Assembly: GCF_009914755.1 (NCBI RefSeq)
Contig: NC_060935.1
Direction: 5' to 3' (one strand)
DNA: 64,000 nucleotides
From: the human T2T-CHM13v2.0 reference genome, Homo sapiens
Of the stretch, positions 40,561 through 53,330 are shown one piece after another (positions within the stretch are counted from its first letter, which is position 1; every line of letters starts with the position of its first letter). The position numbers and the translations under genes are program-made. The notes below the pieces were generated by a model, which saw nothing but the letters and a program-made list of their open reading frames with translations, did not search any database and was not told the DNA's origin.

Positions 40561-40989
40561 CACTGTCTTCCAAGCTGTTATCTCATTTGATCCTTGATCC
40601 AGAGGAGGGAAAGGACCAATCACCTTCACTCTACTGTGAGGCAATGTCCTTCATCCTTGGTTCTGCTTCAGTCAAATCCAGTTTTCCTTCTATACCCCAT
40701 GAACGTGGTAATAGCATTCATGCAGCCTCTGAAGTTGTACCAAGGGCTTTCATGTGTTTAGCTAGTCCATGTACAACAGCAAAGTTTAAATGCTTTGTCA
40801 TTTATATTAGCATGTATAGAGAAGCCATCTGCTATAGTCTTCTGACAATTTAAGTCTGAAGTAGCTGACTAGAGCAGTATGTCCCTGGATAATTTCTGAG
40901 AATTAATAGAATGTGACGTTCTTTGTGCAGTTAAAATGAGGGATCCTCATGAGACAGGTGATAGCCATAGGCCCACTTGTTAATACTGT

Positions 40990-41030
40990 TGTGTGTGTAT
41001 GTGTTGCGTGTGTGTGTGTGTGTGTGTGTG
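40990..41030 (+). repeat. (TG)n microsatellite
   Basis: Read directly from the sequence. Confidence 0.9.
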
Positions 41031-41723
41031 ACTCCCAAAATGTACTCAGATGGAAAGTTAACACACTATTTTTGTGATTTTAGGCAGAATCGCACCTTCT
41101 TTAAGACTCACGCTCTGATAAACTGAGGGTAAAAATAATTCATGGGATTATTATGAGACTGAAATGAGCTAATTTATGCAAACATCTCCCAAAAGGTGTC
41201 TTGTAAATAAAAGGCATTCACAGAACATTTATTCATTTTTTTCTATAACTATTAAGCACCTATGTCTACAGTGTGCCAGACTCCAAGGATATGAAGATGA
41301 AGAAGGCACACGAGCTAGATGGATGAATGGCTGGCGAGTTAATGTGGGCTCTTTATTAAGAGGAATTCCATGCTAAGGAAGACCTTGTTTAAGACTCGTA
41401 TCCACAGAATGTTTTCAGCTATAATTTTACTCTTCATTATTGAAAACACACCTTTGCACATCTATGTAGTTTTAGAAAATCTTGTTTCTAATTTATTCTG
41501 TTTTAATTCCCTTTGTAACTTCTTGCCTTTCAACTTTAATTTTTATTTTATGTTATGACCTATTTTATGTTTCCTTTTCTTCTTACTTTAACTGGTTTTA
41601 ATGTTTTACTCCATACTTTTAAACCTGATTAAAGTTATTTTAAAATATTTTCCTTATTTCTATAGCATTTATCATTTAAAATTCTATGTTTCTTTAGTAT
41701 TTTACATTTTGAATGTGTATCTT

Positions 41724-42062
<339 letters not shown>

Positions 42063-42180
42063 TTAAATTTTTCTTTTCTTAAGGTACAATTACATTGGGT
42101 ATCATGATTTGCTTTCCCAATAACTGGTAGGAATGGTAGCGGTAGTAGAAGAAGCCCACAATAGAGAGAAGAGTAGCTGG

Positions 42181-42569
<389 letters not shown>

Positions 42570-43519
42570 TCAGTAGAGGTTCTGGCAAGCTAACAGACTT
42601 TCCTGGGAATAGCACTGCGGTGGGCAAGTCAGTATCACAAAGAGCTGGTGAGGGAGGGAGCTGGGAGAAATTCCGGCCTCTGTGATCCAAAACTCTGCCC
42701 CCTCTCTCACCCCTACTGCCTGCTTAGCCCTTTTAAATGACTGATAATCAAACATATTCTATTAGTAAGTCAGTCATCCTTACCTAAAGGTAAATTTTGT
42801 AAATATTGTAACCAGAAAGGTTACCACTCTGAGTCTCTAGTAGTGGGAACATTCTCAAGCTTTTTATTTTTTTTCCTATGATAGGAAATTAGTAATGGCT
42901 CCTTTGTCATGTTTCTCAGCCAAGATTAATATTGCACAAAATTTAGCGCCCTCATAATACACTTGTTCACATGCTGAGGCAGATACAGGCTCTTTCTGGC
43001 TGAAACCTTGGCATTGGTGGCAGGTATTTCCTTGCCTACTTCCCTTAGCTTATAGAGTAACCAGTTCAGGACTAGATTAGGCTTCTTAATATTCATAACT
43101 ATCAATAAATGCCAACCCAAACTCTCAAGTGATCATTGAAATATTATTAACTGGTAATAGTGAGGGTTTTTAAATTACTATTTTGCTTGCAAGTGACAGA
43201 AACCCAATCTGAACTAAGGAAAAGGGGGATTTACAGAAAAATTTTATGACATATTGTATTTTTTCAGAAATGGCCACAATGATATATTTCTTCACTCCCA
43301 CATGCTTGTCTCATGACTGACATCTGTCTTGCCATGGGGTGGGGAGTATATGTTCTATCCCCTTGAATCCAAACTAGAGTTTATGATTGTTCCAACCAAT
43401 GGAGCATGACAGAAGTGATACTATTGAACCTCCAAGACTAGGTTAAAGAAAAAGATACAACTTCCATTTTACACACTGTTTATCTCTCGGTACACTGCCA
43501 TTGGAACCAAGCCATCATG

Positions 43520-43634
43520 TAGGGTAAATAAGTCATTTCAGTTTGCCAGAGACTCCTCCAGTTTTAGCACTAAATATCCCATGTCCTGGGAAACCCCTCA
43601 GTGCCAATCAAACCACTGATGTTTTGTCACCCTA
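43520..43634. mobile_element. MER81-like hAT-Blackjack MITE
   Basis: tagggt...gttttagcact...gtcctgggaaacccctcagt...gtcacccta, ~115 bp, with flanks ccatcatg / ccaccatg. Confidence 0.75.
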
Positions 43635-43899
43635 CACCACCATGTTGTGAGGAAGCCCAGGTCACATGGAAAGGCTGCGTGAGTTGCTCCAACCAACCAC
43701 CCTAGCTAACTAAGGTCTCAGCCAGCTGCCAGCATCAGTCCACAGACATGTGAGTGAATTAGATATAGACAATTCCAGTGTCCAGACTTTGAAACTTCCA
43801 GCATAGGTGCCAAACATCATGGAGCAGAGATAAGCCATTACCACTACTCCATGTCTGAATTCCTGACCCACAGAAATCAGAGATAATAAATTAATACAG

Positions 43900-44094
43900 T
43901 TTTTTGTAATTGTATATATTTAGGGAATACAATGTGATGTTTTGAAATATATATACATGATGGAATGATTAAATTAAGTCAATTAACATATCCATCATCT
44001 CACCTACTTATCATTGTTTTTGTGATGCAAACATTTAAAATCTCTTTGAAGTAAACAATTCATTATTATTAACTACAGTCACCATGCTGAGCAA
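43900..44094 (-). mobile_element. L1MA 3' end
   Basis: tacaatgtgatgttttga...aattaacatatccatcatctcac...ttattaactacagtcaccatgctg. Confidence 0.8.
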
Positions 44095-44165
44095 GTTTTG
44101 GAGTAATTTGTTACACAGCAATTGCTAACTAGTACAGATACTGAAGTACAGAGTAAGAATGTAAT

Positions 44166-44657
<492 letters not shown>

Positions 44658-45509
44658 TAAAATAATATTGCAGGAAACCACTGTCCCTCAATAACCATGT
44701 GACAAGAAGGAGAGCAGAAAGGAGTTTCCAGAAAAGTACAGTCTGAATAGGTGCTACAATGCCTGAAATATAAATACCTAAACTTCATTATCTTAATTAA
44801 ACATATATTATCAAACTTTACCAAAGGCTTAGTATTGAGAAAAACTATCATAGACAATTGTCTGAAGTATGTGCCGACCATTCATTTCTATCCATCAGGT
44901 TAAAAATAGAGATTCTTGGATCACATCCAAATTTATTATTTCAGACCTCTGGGTATTAGGCATGTGAATCTGCATTACAAAACAGATGTTTATGTTTTCA
45001 TACAATTTGGTATTAGAAAAAAAATTATGTACTTAATAATTTTTGTGTTTTCAGCAAAACTTAGAATTATTTCTCTTCCTCCAAAAACTTTTTTGAAGAT
45101 CTCTTATAAAATCAAATATTGGACAACCTGTGCAATAACACTTAACAACTCTGCTTTATAAATAATACCTTCCTACTCACTCTAGATAAGTAACGATTTA
45201 TGCTCCATGTGCAGAAAAAAAAAGAGACACTTTCATTTGTTTTTTAACCTTCCTCCTTCTTAAAGGAGTGCAGGGAAACCTGGCTTTTAGAACATGGTGC
45301 ATTTTATTTTAATACTTGCACAACTGAATTACAGCAATGTAGGGTTTTTCTGAAGATAACACAGCTGTAGCAGCAAATCAATAATATATAACCTGTCTTT
45401 GAAGATCTGCTGTAGATTTTTAACACTGGCATAAGGATCACAGGAGCTACAAATTTCTGCCTCTACACTTCTCCTGATATACCCCTCCCCTGTCCCAGCC
45501 CCACTGAAT

Positions 45510-45990
45510 CAACACTCCACACAGTACTCACGGCAATCCTCTATGGTCCTAAGTCAGACCATGCTACCCCCTGCCTAAGACCTATAAATAGCCTCTCTTC
45601 AGCTTTAAGCTCACATTCAAATTATTTCCCATATTCTAATATCTCCTACCCCTTTTATTCTCCTGTCCTCTTTGCTGTTGCTCAAATATTACAACAGGTT
45701 TCTGCCTCAGGACATTTGCATCTGCTTTTTCCTCTACCAGGAACATAGTCCCTAGATATTTCTATGACTTACTTCCTCACTTTATTCAGGTCTCTGCTAG
45801 AATGATGCCTCATCAAAGGGGCCTTTTCTATTTAAAGTAGCATACACCTCCCAACCCTCCTGTTTCCCTCTTTCCTATTACTTTATGTTTTCTTCATTAT
45901 ACTTCTCAGTATCCTAGTGCCTGGCACGTGGAAGGTACTTATTTAAAAGTTCTTGAATGATTAGATAGATAAATGAATGCATGAATCAAT
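45510..45990 (+). mobile_element. L2 3' end
   Basis: ctgcctcaggacatttgca...ttcaggtctctgct...agtgcctggcacgtg...ttgaatga. Confidence 0.75.
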
Positions 45991-46536
45991 AAGTTAATGG
46001 TTAGTTTGCTTAGTTCTACAGAATTCTTAGAACTTTATCATTTTGAAGCACCTAATATGCACTCTGAATGACAAAACAGTCTCCTTCAGGAGCAGAGGTT
46101 GATGTTATCAAGCTTAGCTTCCATATAGTCTTGAAAAGTGTGATTGATGTAATATGTGAGATTTTATAGTATTTCTGCAAATCAAATATTTTAGACTTGT
46201 TTTTCTCTAATGAAGTGTGGTACACTCCCATAAAGAAGGAACTGTATGGAAGACCTGGGCTTTGAAATGGTTGGAATTACTTCACATCTGCAATAGATTA
46301 TGAGGCAAACATGTTCGTTTTCAAAACTGTAAGATGAAGGTGAATTATGCAGCGCAGCTGTTCAGAGTCTGTGTCACTTACATATTGGAGTCTGCCTGAT
46401 CATTAAGACAAATTTTACTGTTCTAAAGTTCCCAGCGTGTGCATATGCTTTGTTAATAATGCATCTGGCATTAGCACTTGTGATGATTACTGGGAAAGGT
46501 TGCAACATCTTCCAAGAAGGACCTGGAGTTTATATC

Positions 46537-46646
46537 TCAGGGCGATATTTCTAACTTAATACTTACTGCCTAAAAACAGTTCTTAGATTTTCAAGGGCAG
46601 AGAGCTAATTCACTTTGCTATGCCCTGGTTCCCAATGGATGGCTAA
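46537..46646 (+). repeat. Inverted repeat arm 1 (partner 47475-47584)
   Basis: 110 nt, 5 mismatches, no gaps against the reverse complement of the partner. Confidence 0.95.
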
Positions 46647-47162
46647 ATAGGGTGAAGCTCTGACGTTTGCACACTTTGAATATTTCTTGATATGGTATAA
46701 ATCTAATTAGGCTACAGCAGCTAATGGAAAGACAGGTGGTGCTAATGGTAACTTGTACAGCACATTGCGTTCAAGGCTACCCTTAACAAAAAACAAAAAT
46801 TTTGCAAACTGTCACTAAAAAATAGGGGCACATAAGCTATTGAGTCAATGTCGTTGTAACTGACTTCTCAAAAGAGACTATTGACCCTTATTTCAGTTCA
46901 GTGACTCCAGCATTGTGAATATTATGCCCAAGATCTACAAGTTCAGGTTCAATTATAATCCAGTCGTCGTTGGCAAAACACAAGCCAATGGCTTGGTGCT
47001 GGTTGACAGATGAGATCATAGCGCATTATGACTGATGTGTAGTGTCAGAGAAAAATCCAGGACAGCAAAACTTTAGTGTGCTCTGACAGGTCAGTAATGA
47101 TGAAGACGTTATCACAGTTACAACAACTATGTGCTGCTTCTTAAATGAGATGTGTTCGATAT

Positions 47163-47200
47163 GCCCGGCTAGCTTGGTTGGTAGAGCATGAGAGTCTTAA
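47163..47200 (+). pseudogene. tRNA-Lys(CTT) 5'-half tailless retropseudogene
   Basis: gcccggctagcttggttggtagagcatgagagtcttaa matches tRNA-Lys-CTT nt 1-38 (recalled) at 34/38. Flanking repeat tcttaaatgagatg at 47139-47152 and 47195-47208. Confidence 0.88.
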
Positions 47201-47234
47201 ATGAGATGGACGTGATGGCTGTTATTGCCCAACT

Positions 47235-47395
47235 GCAGAAGACCAGCTGAATCGGAGTGACTCACAGGGCGTTTTGAACAATACATTCTCTAAGGTTCCA
47301 CCCTAGAGATTCAAATTGAGTAGATCCAGATTAGAACCCAGATGTATATATTCTTATAATGCTTTCTAGGTGATCTGAGGCCTGTGCAGCTTTGA
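47235..47395. mobile_element. MER5-family MITE fragment
   Basis: ccaccctagagattc...gctttctaggtgatctga. Confidence 0.5.
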
Positions 47396-47474
47396 TTTTT
47401 AAATTCATATATATATATATGAATTTTATATATATTTAAATATATATATATATGAATTTATAAAATTGAATTCA

Positions 47475-47584
47475 TTAGCCATTCATTGGGAACCAAGGCC
47501 TAACAAAGTGAATTAGCTCTCTGCCCTTGAAAATCTAAGAACTGTTTTTAGGCAGTAAGCATTAAGTTAGAAATATCGCCCTGA
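47475..47584 (-). repeat. Inverted repeat arm 2, embedded in AT-rich palindromic filler (47400-47474 and 47585-47665)
   Basis: Reverse complement of 46537-46646. Confidence 0.95.
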
Positions 47585-47668
47585 TATTTATGTATCAATT
47601 CATATTATATATGAATTTAATTATATGTGCTTCATGATTTAATTGAAATATATACAACGTAAGATGAA

Positions 47669-47964
47669 TTTTTTTTTTTTTTTTTTTTGAGACGGAGTCT
47701 CACTCTGTTGCCCAGGCTGCAGTGCAGTGGCGCATCTCCGCTCACTGCAAGCTCCGCTCCCAGGTTCACGCCATTCTCCTGCCTCAGTCTCCTGAGTAGC
47801 TGGGACTACAGGCGCCCGCCACAGTGCCCGGCTAATTTTTTGTATTTTTTTAGTAGAGATGGGGTTTCACCATGTTACCCACGATGGTCTCGATCTCCTG
47901 ACCTCGTGATCCGCCGGCCTCGGCTTCCCAAAGTGCTGGGATTACACGCGTGAGCCACTGCGCC
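47669..47964 (-). mobile_element. AluY
   Basis: gcaagctccg, ggttcacgccattctcc, gatctcctgacctcgtgatccg. Confidence 0.95.
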
Positions 47965-48045
47965 GAAATTTTTAATTTTACTACAACCTATAACAAAACT
48001 CAACAACAGTATTTATGGGGTTATATTACTATAAAACTTATTTGA

Positions 48046-48092
48046 TTTTTTTTTGAGATGGGGTCTCACTCTGTCACAGAGGCTGGAGTACA
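48046..48092 (-). mobile_element. Severely 5'-truncated Alu (~40 bp plus tail)
   Basis: ttttgagatggggtctcactctgtcacagaggctggagtaca flanked by TSD ttatttga (48038-48045 / 48093-48100). Confidence 0.8.
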
Positions 48093-48240
48093 TTATTTGA
48101 TATTTAATCCCAAATTATGACAGGCTTAAATTAGAAGATTGGGGGTGGGGAGGAGAAGTATGTAGATATGGGAATGTGACCGGCAGGATGGGAAATAGAA
48201 AGCCAAAGGCTAAAACTGAAAAATTTAAAAAAAGAATAGA

Positions 48241-48576
<336 letters not shown>

Positions 48577-49224
48577 TTAAGTTCCAGAAGAAACAGTTGA
48601 AAACGTTGAGTAATTGATTCTGGGAGACAAGCATCAGGAACCTGGAAGATACCAGCTGCTATTTTTTCATTGTAAACATTGGACCACTATCTGACTAATC
48701 AATGTACTCATAACTGCTTGGTTAAGAAATAACAGTAGCCAGATTTACCCCTCTTTGAAACAATAAAAATAAGACGCAATATATGAAACAACAGGCAAGC
48801 CAGTGTACATCAGACAATGAAGGACAGTAATCCCTGAGAGATGGAAACAAATGAGGTAAACCCCAAAATTGCCCACACTTACTGCCTTGAAGGAGTTTAC
48901 AGAGAGCAGAGTACAGAGGAGGCCCCATGAAGAATCCAGCAGAATCTTTGAGGCAAGGAGACGGAATCGAGAGCCTGAGAAGACCAGAGCTGGAGTTCTC
49001 AGAACAAAGTACTGGAGGTGAGAGCTGTACCAGACACTAACCCTAGGTATCTAGAGAGGATCTCCTGTGAGCATTCTGCTGAATACTGATCAACATATGC
49101 ATGTGAAAGAACTAGCTAAGGCTGGGGGAAGAGGCACCTGAAGAATTACAGAAAATAGCGTTCTCACCATTTGTATCTAACATTATACTGGAGACTCGAA
49201 CTAGTGCAATAGGGCAAATAATAA

Positions 49225-50032
49225 AAGAGAGAGAGACAGAGAGAGAAAAGAAGGGAGGGAGGGAAGGAAGGAAAGAAAGGAAGAGAGAAAGAGAACAAGA
49301 GAAGAAGGAAGGAAGGAGGAATGGAAGAAAAAATGAGATGAGGGAAGAAATGAAGGAAAGAAAGAGAAAAAAGGAAGGAAGGAAGGGAAAGAGAGAGAGA
49401 AAGACAGAACAAGAGAAGAAGGAAGGAGGGAAGGAAGAAAGGAAGGAATGAGGGAAGAAAGGAAGGAATGTAGGAAGAAATGAAGGAAAGGGAGAAAAAG
49501 AGAGAACAAGAGAGGGAGGGAAGCAAGGAGGGAAGGAAGGAGGAAAGGAAGGAAGGAGGGAAGGAAGGAAGGAGGGAAGGAAGGAAGGAAGGAGGGAAGG
49601 AAGGAAGGAGGGAAGGAAGGAAGGAGGGAAGGAAGGAAGGAAGGAGGGAAGGAAGGAAGGAGGGAAGGAAGGAAGGAAATAGGGAGGGAGGCAGGGAAGG
49701 AGAGAGAGAACAAGAGAAGAAGGAAGGAGGGAAAAAAGGAATGAGGGAAGGAATGAAGGAAAGACAGAGAGAGAAAGAGAACAAGAGAAGGAAGGAAGGA
49801 AGGAAGAAAGGAAGGGAGGGAAGGAAGGAAAGAGAGAAACCAAGAGAGAACAAGAGAAGAAGCAAGGAGGGAAGGAATGAAGGAAAGAGAGAGAGAACGA
49901 GAGAGGGAAGGAAGGAAGGAAGGGAGGGAGGGAGGGAGGGAGGGAGGGGAAGGGAAGGGAGGGAGGGGAAGTAAAGAAGGAAGGGAGGGAAGGGAGGGAG
50001 GGAGGGAGGGAAGGAGAGAAGGAGGGAGGAAA
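49225..50032 (+). repeat. ~800-bp polypurine (GGAA/GGGA/GA)n compound tract
   Basis: Almost pure A/G, with recurring subunits gagaacaagagaaga and aatgagggaag/aatgaaggaaag. Confidence 0.95.
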
Positions 50033-51345
50033 AGACATCCAAATTGGGAAGGAAAAAGTAACCCTGTCTTTATTCACAGACAACCTGATAACCTATGTAG
50101 AAAATACAATACAATCTATAAATAAACCCCTAGAAGTAATGACAAATAATCAGAAATTGACATTTGTTAAAGGTACCATTTATAATAGCATAAAACATAT
50201 GAAATTCTTGGGGATAATCTAAAAAATGATATGACATAAACTGAAAAATGTAAGACATGACTGAGAAAAATTAAATAAATCCTAAATAAAGACATATGTT
50301 ATACTGAGTTCATGGATCAGAAGACACAATTGTCAAATGCCAATTCTCCCCAAGTTGATCTATAATCCAGTGTAATCCTAATTAAAATTCTGGTAGACTT
50401 TTTGATAGAACTTAAAAACTTGTTCAAAAACTCATATTGGAAAAGTAAAGGACCTAAATTAGTCAAAAAGTTTGGAAAAAGATTTTCAGAACTACAGCTA
50501 ACACTGCTTGCTACACAGCTGCTTACAATAAAGCCACAGTAACCCAAACAGTGTGGCATTGGTGTATAGGCCAATGTAACACCATGGGGAACCCAGAAAT
50601 AGACACAAACAGACATGGACAACTGATTTTCAACACACGTGGAAAGGTAATTCAATGGAGAAACGATAGTCTTTCCTTGGTACTGGAACAAAGATATTAG
50701 CATGCAAAATAAAAAGCTTTGATCCATAACATGTACCAGGCATAAATATTAACTCATAATGGAGCACAGAACCTAAAAAATATAAATCTTCTGGAAGAAA
50801 ACAGAAAAATTTCGTGATCTTGGGTTAAGCAAATATTTATTTGAAACACCAACAAAATTATAATCAATTTAAAAAAACAATCCTTAGATAAGAGACATCA
50901 TCAAATCAAAAACTTCTGCTCTTGAAGAGAAACTGCTAAGTTAATGTGTAGAGAAGCCATAGGCTGTGAGAAAGTATTTGAAAATCATATGTCTAATAAG
51001 ATAATTGTACCAGAATGTGTACTGTCAAAAATCAATAATAGTAAAATAAACCAGCCAATAAAAATGGCCAAAATATTTGAATAGATATTTTCACCAAAGA
51101 AGATATATAAATGACAAAAAGCACATGAAAATATGCTATCATTAGTCATTACAAAAATGCAAATTAAACCTAACATGAGCTATCACCACACACATATTAG
51201 AATGAATAAACTTAGAGACTGGCCATACCAAGTGTTGGCAAGGTTCCAGAGAAAATGGAACTCTCATATGCTGCTAGTAGGAATGTAAAATTGAATATCC
51301 ACTTCAGAAAAGAGTTTGGCCATTTTTTACAAAGTTAAACCTACA

Positions 51346-51684
51346 GCTATAACAAACGTACCACAATCTAGGTAGCTTATAAACAATAAAAATTTGTTTC
51401 TCCCAATTCTGAAGGTTAAGTCAAAGATCAAGGAAGACTCGGTGTCTGGTGAGGGTTTGGTTTCTGGCTCATAGACTATGACTTCTTGCCATGTCTTCAC
51501 CCAGTGGAAAGGGTAGAGAGGTCTGGGGCCTCTTTTATAAGGCCCCCCTTTCACGAGGGCTCTGCCCCAATGTCTTAATCCCACTTCCCAAGGGCCCTGT
51601 CTCCTAATACAATCACCTTGGGCTTGAGGATTTCAACATACGAATTGCAGGAAAGGGAGGGACATGTACATTCAGACCATAGCA
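51346..51684 (-). mobile_element. MLT1A-like LTR
   Basis: gctataacaaa...ggtgtctggtgaggg...ggatttcaacata...cattcagaccatagca. Confidence 0.8.
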
Positions 51685-52062
51685 CCTACCATAGGATTCA
51701 CCTATTCCACTCCTAGAAATAAAAGCATATTCCCACACAATGACTTATACATGAATATTCATAGCAGCTTTATTTGTAATAATTAAAAACTGGAAACAAC
51801 CCAAATGTCCATTAAGAGACTAATGAAGAAACTGCTACATTCATACAATGGAAAATTACCTAGCAATAAAAAGGAATGCACTCTTGATATGTTCAACAGC
51901 ATGGGTGAAACTCAAAATAATTATGCTGAATGAAAGAAGTTAGAGGAAAAAGAGTACATACTGTATGATTTCATTTATATACAATTCCCAAAATGCAAAC
52001 TAATGTATGGTGACAGAAAGCAGATCAGTAGTTGCCTGGGAACTGGGGAAGAGAGGAGGGGT

Positions 52063-52517
52063 ATGGTGGTTAATTTTTTGTGTCAACTTCACTGGACAAC
52101 AGGATGCCAGACATTTAGCCAAACATTATTCTGGGTGTGTCTGTGAGGGTGTTTCTGGATGAGGTGAACATTTGATCAGTAGGCTGAGTAAAGTGGATTG
52201 CCCTAATGTGGGTGGGTCTCATCCAGTCAATTGAAGACTTGAATAGAGCAAAAGGCTGAGTAAGAGGGTACTTCTGCCTGACTACCTGAAGTGAGAAATC
52301 TGTCTTTTCTTGCCTTTGGACTTGAGCTGAAAAATTGGCTTTTCTTAGGTCCCTAGCCGGCCAGCCTTCAAATCAGAAGTTACAACATTGGCTTTCCTAG
52401 TCCTCACGCCTTTGGATGTGGACTGTAACTACACCATTGAATCTCCTGGGTCTCCAGCTGGAAAGATGGAGATTTGGGGACTTCCCAGCCTCCATAATCA
52501 TATAATCTTGTGAGCTA

Positions 52518-52560
<43 letters not shown>

Positions 52561-52592
52561 CCTAATAGTTCTCCTTCTCTGGAGAACCCTAC
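52063..52592 (+). mobile_element. MLT2B-like ERVL LTR with (TG)n at 52520-52558
   Basis: ggttaattttttgtgtcaactt...ctgggtgtgtctgtgagggtgtttctggatgag...ttctctggagaaccct. Confidence 0.85.
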
Positions 52593-53129
52593 TGCAAGGA
52601 TAAAGGAAGGAATTATAAAGGAGTACAAACAAACTTTTGGAAGTCAAGAGTGTGTTTACTTTCTTGATTGTAGTGATGGTCTCAAGGGCATTCATGTATG
52701 TCAAACATCAAATTGTACATTTTAATATGTGAAGTTTATTGTAGGTCAATTATACTTCATGATACCTCAATCAAGTTGTGAATTTTATATATATATTATT
52801 TTATATATTTTATATATATATATAAAATTCATGGTGAAGAACAAATCAACCTCTGAAAATGAGGTAACAAGCTTACATGTACAGCGCTATGGGAACCCAG
52901 AGGAGACAAGATTGATTCTGACTGGATATCAAGAACGTCTCACAGAGAAGATGAAGCTGCAGTGTGTGTACCTCTAATCCCAGCAATCTATATCCCAAGA
53001 GCCGAATATCTTTTGCATTTTCTTTCCTCTTGCTTTTATCTTAATCCCTTTCAGTAGAACAAGTGGTTTCACATTTGGGCACTAAAATTATATGGCGACT
53101 CTGCAGTTAGATAACCAGCATCTGACAAG

Positions 53130-53330
53130 TTAGATGACCTTTCACTTTCTAGCTCTGTGAATAGGCATGGGACCAACATCTCTCAACAATAAATTTCCTA
53201 ATTATGAACTCAGTATGATAGTGGCACCTATTTCCTATGTCTTATATAATGATTCAATGAGAGAATGCATGTAAAGGAGTTAGCACAGTATTCAGAACAT
53301 GGCATTAACTTGATAACATTAACTGCTTTT
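53130..53330 (+). mobile_element. MIR
   Basis: ctagctctgtga...gattcaatgagagaatgcatgtaaaggagttagcacagt. Confidence 0.65.

Larger units (their letters stand above)
43255..44135 (+). mobile_element. MLT1F/G-like LTR, apparently nested in an MLT1K-like LTR (fragments ~43185-43240 and ~44470-44740)
   Basis: aaatggccaca...accaatggagcatgacagaagtgat...catgttgtgaggaagccca...gaattcctgacccacagaa...gtaatttgttacacagcaat. Confidence 0.7.
48720..52775 (+). mobile_element. Old L1 (MC/MD-type): 5' region fused to ORF2/3' UTR, interrupted by a purine tract, MLT1A and MLT2
   Basis: ORF2 motifs ctaacattatactggag..., gacatccaaattgggaagg, gttcatggatcagaagac. 3' UTR ...gaagtttattgtaggtcaattatacttca. Confidence 0.8.

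Noticed and set aside
47163-47240. Functional tRNA-Lys gene
   Set aside because: No T-arm, B box or 3' acceptor strand; only the 5' half is present.
49112-50125. Longest ORFs (323, 292, 170 and 164 aa)
   Set aside because: Stop-free readings of the GGAA/TTCC low-complexity tract (PSFL/EGRK repeats), not genes.
52780-52832. AT-rich palindrome gaattttatatata...tatatataaaattc (similar at ~36897-36914)
   Set aside because: Largely explained by self-complementary (TA)n expansion at a decayed L1 tail. Too short for a PATRR.
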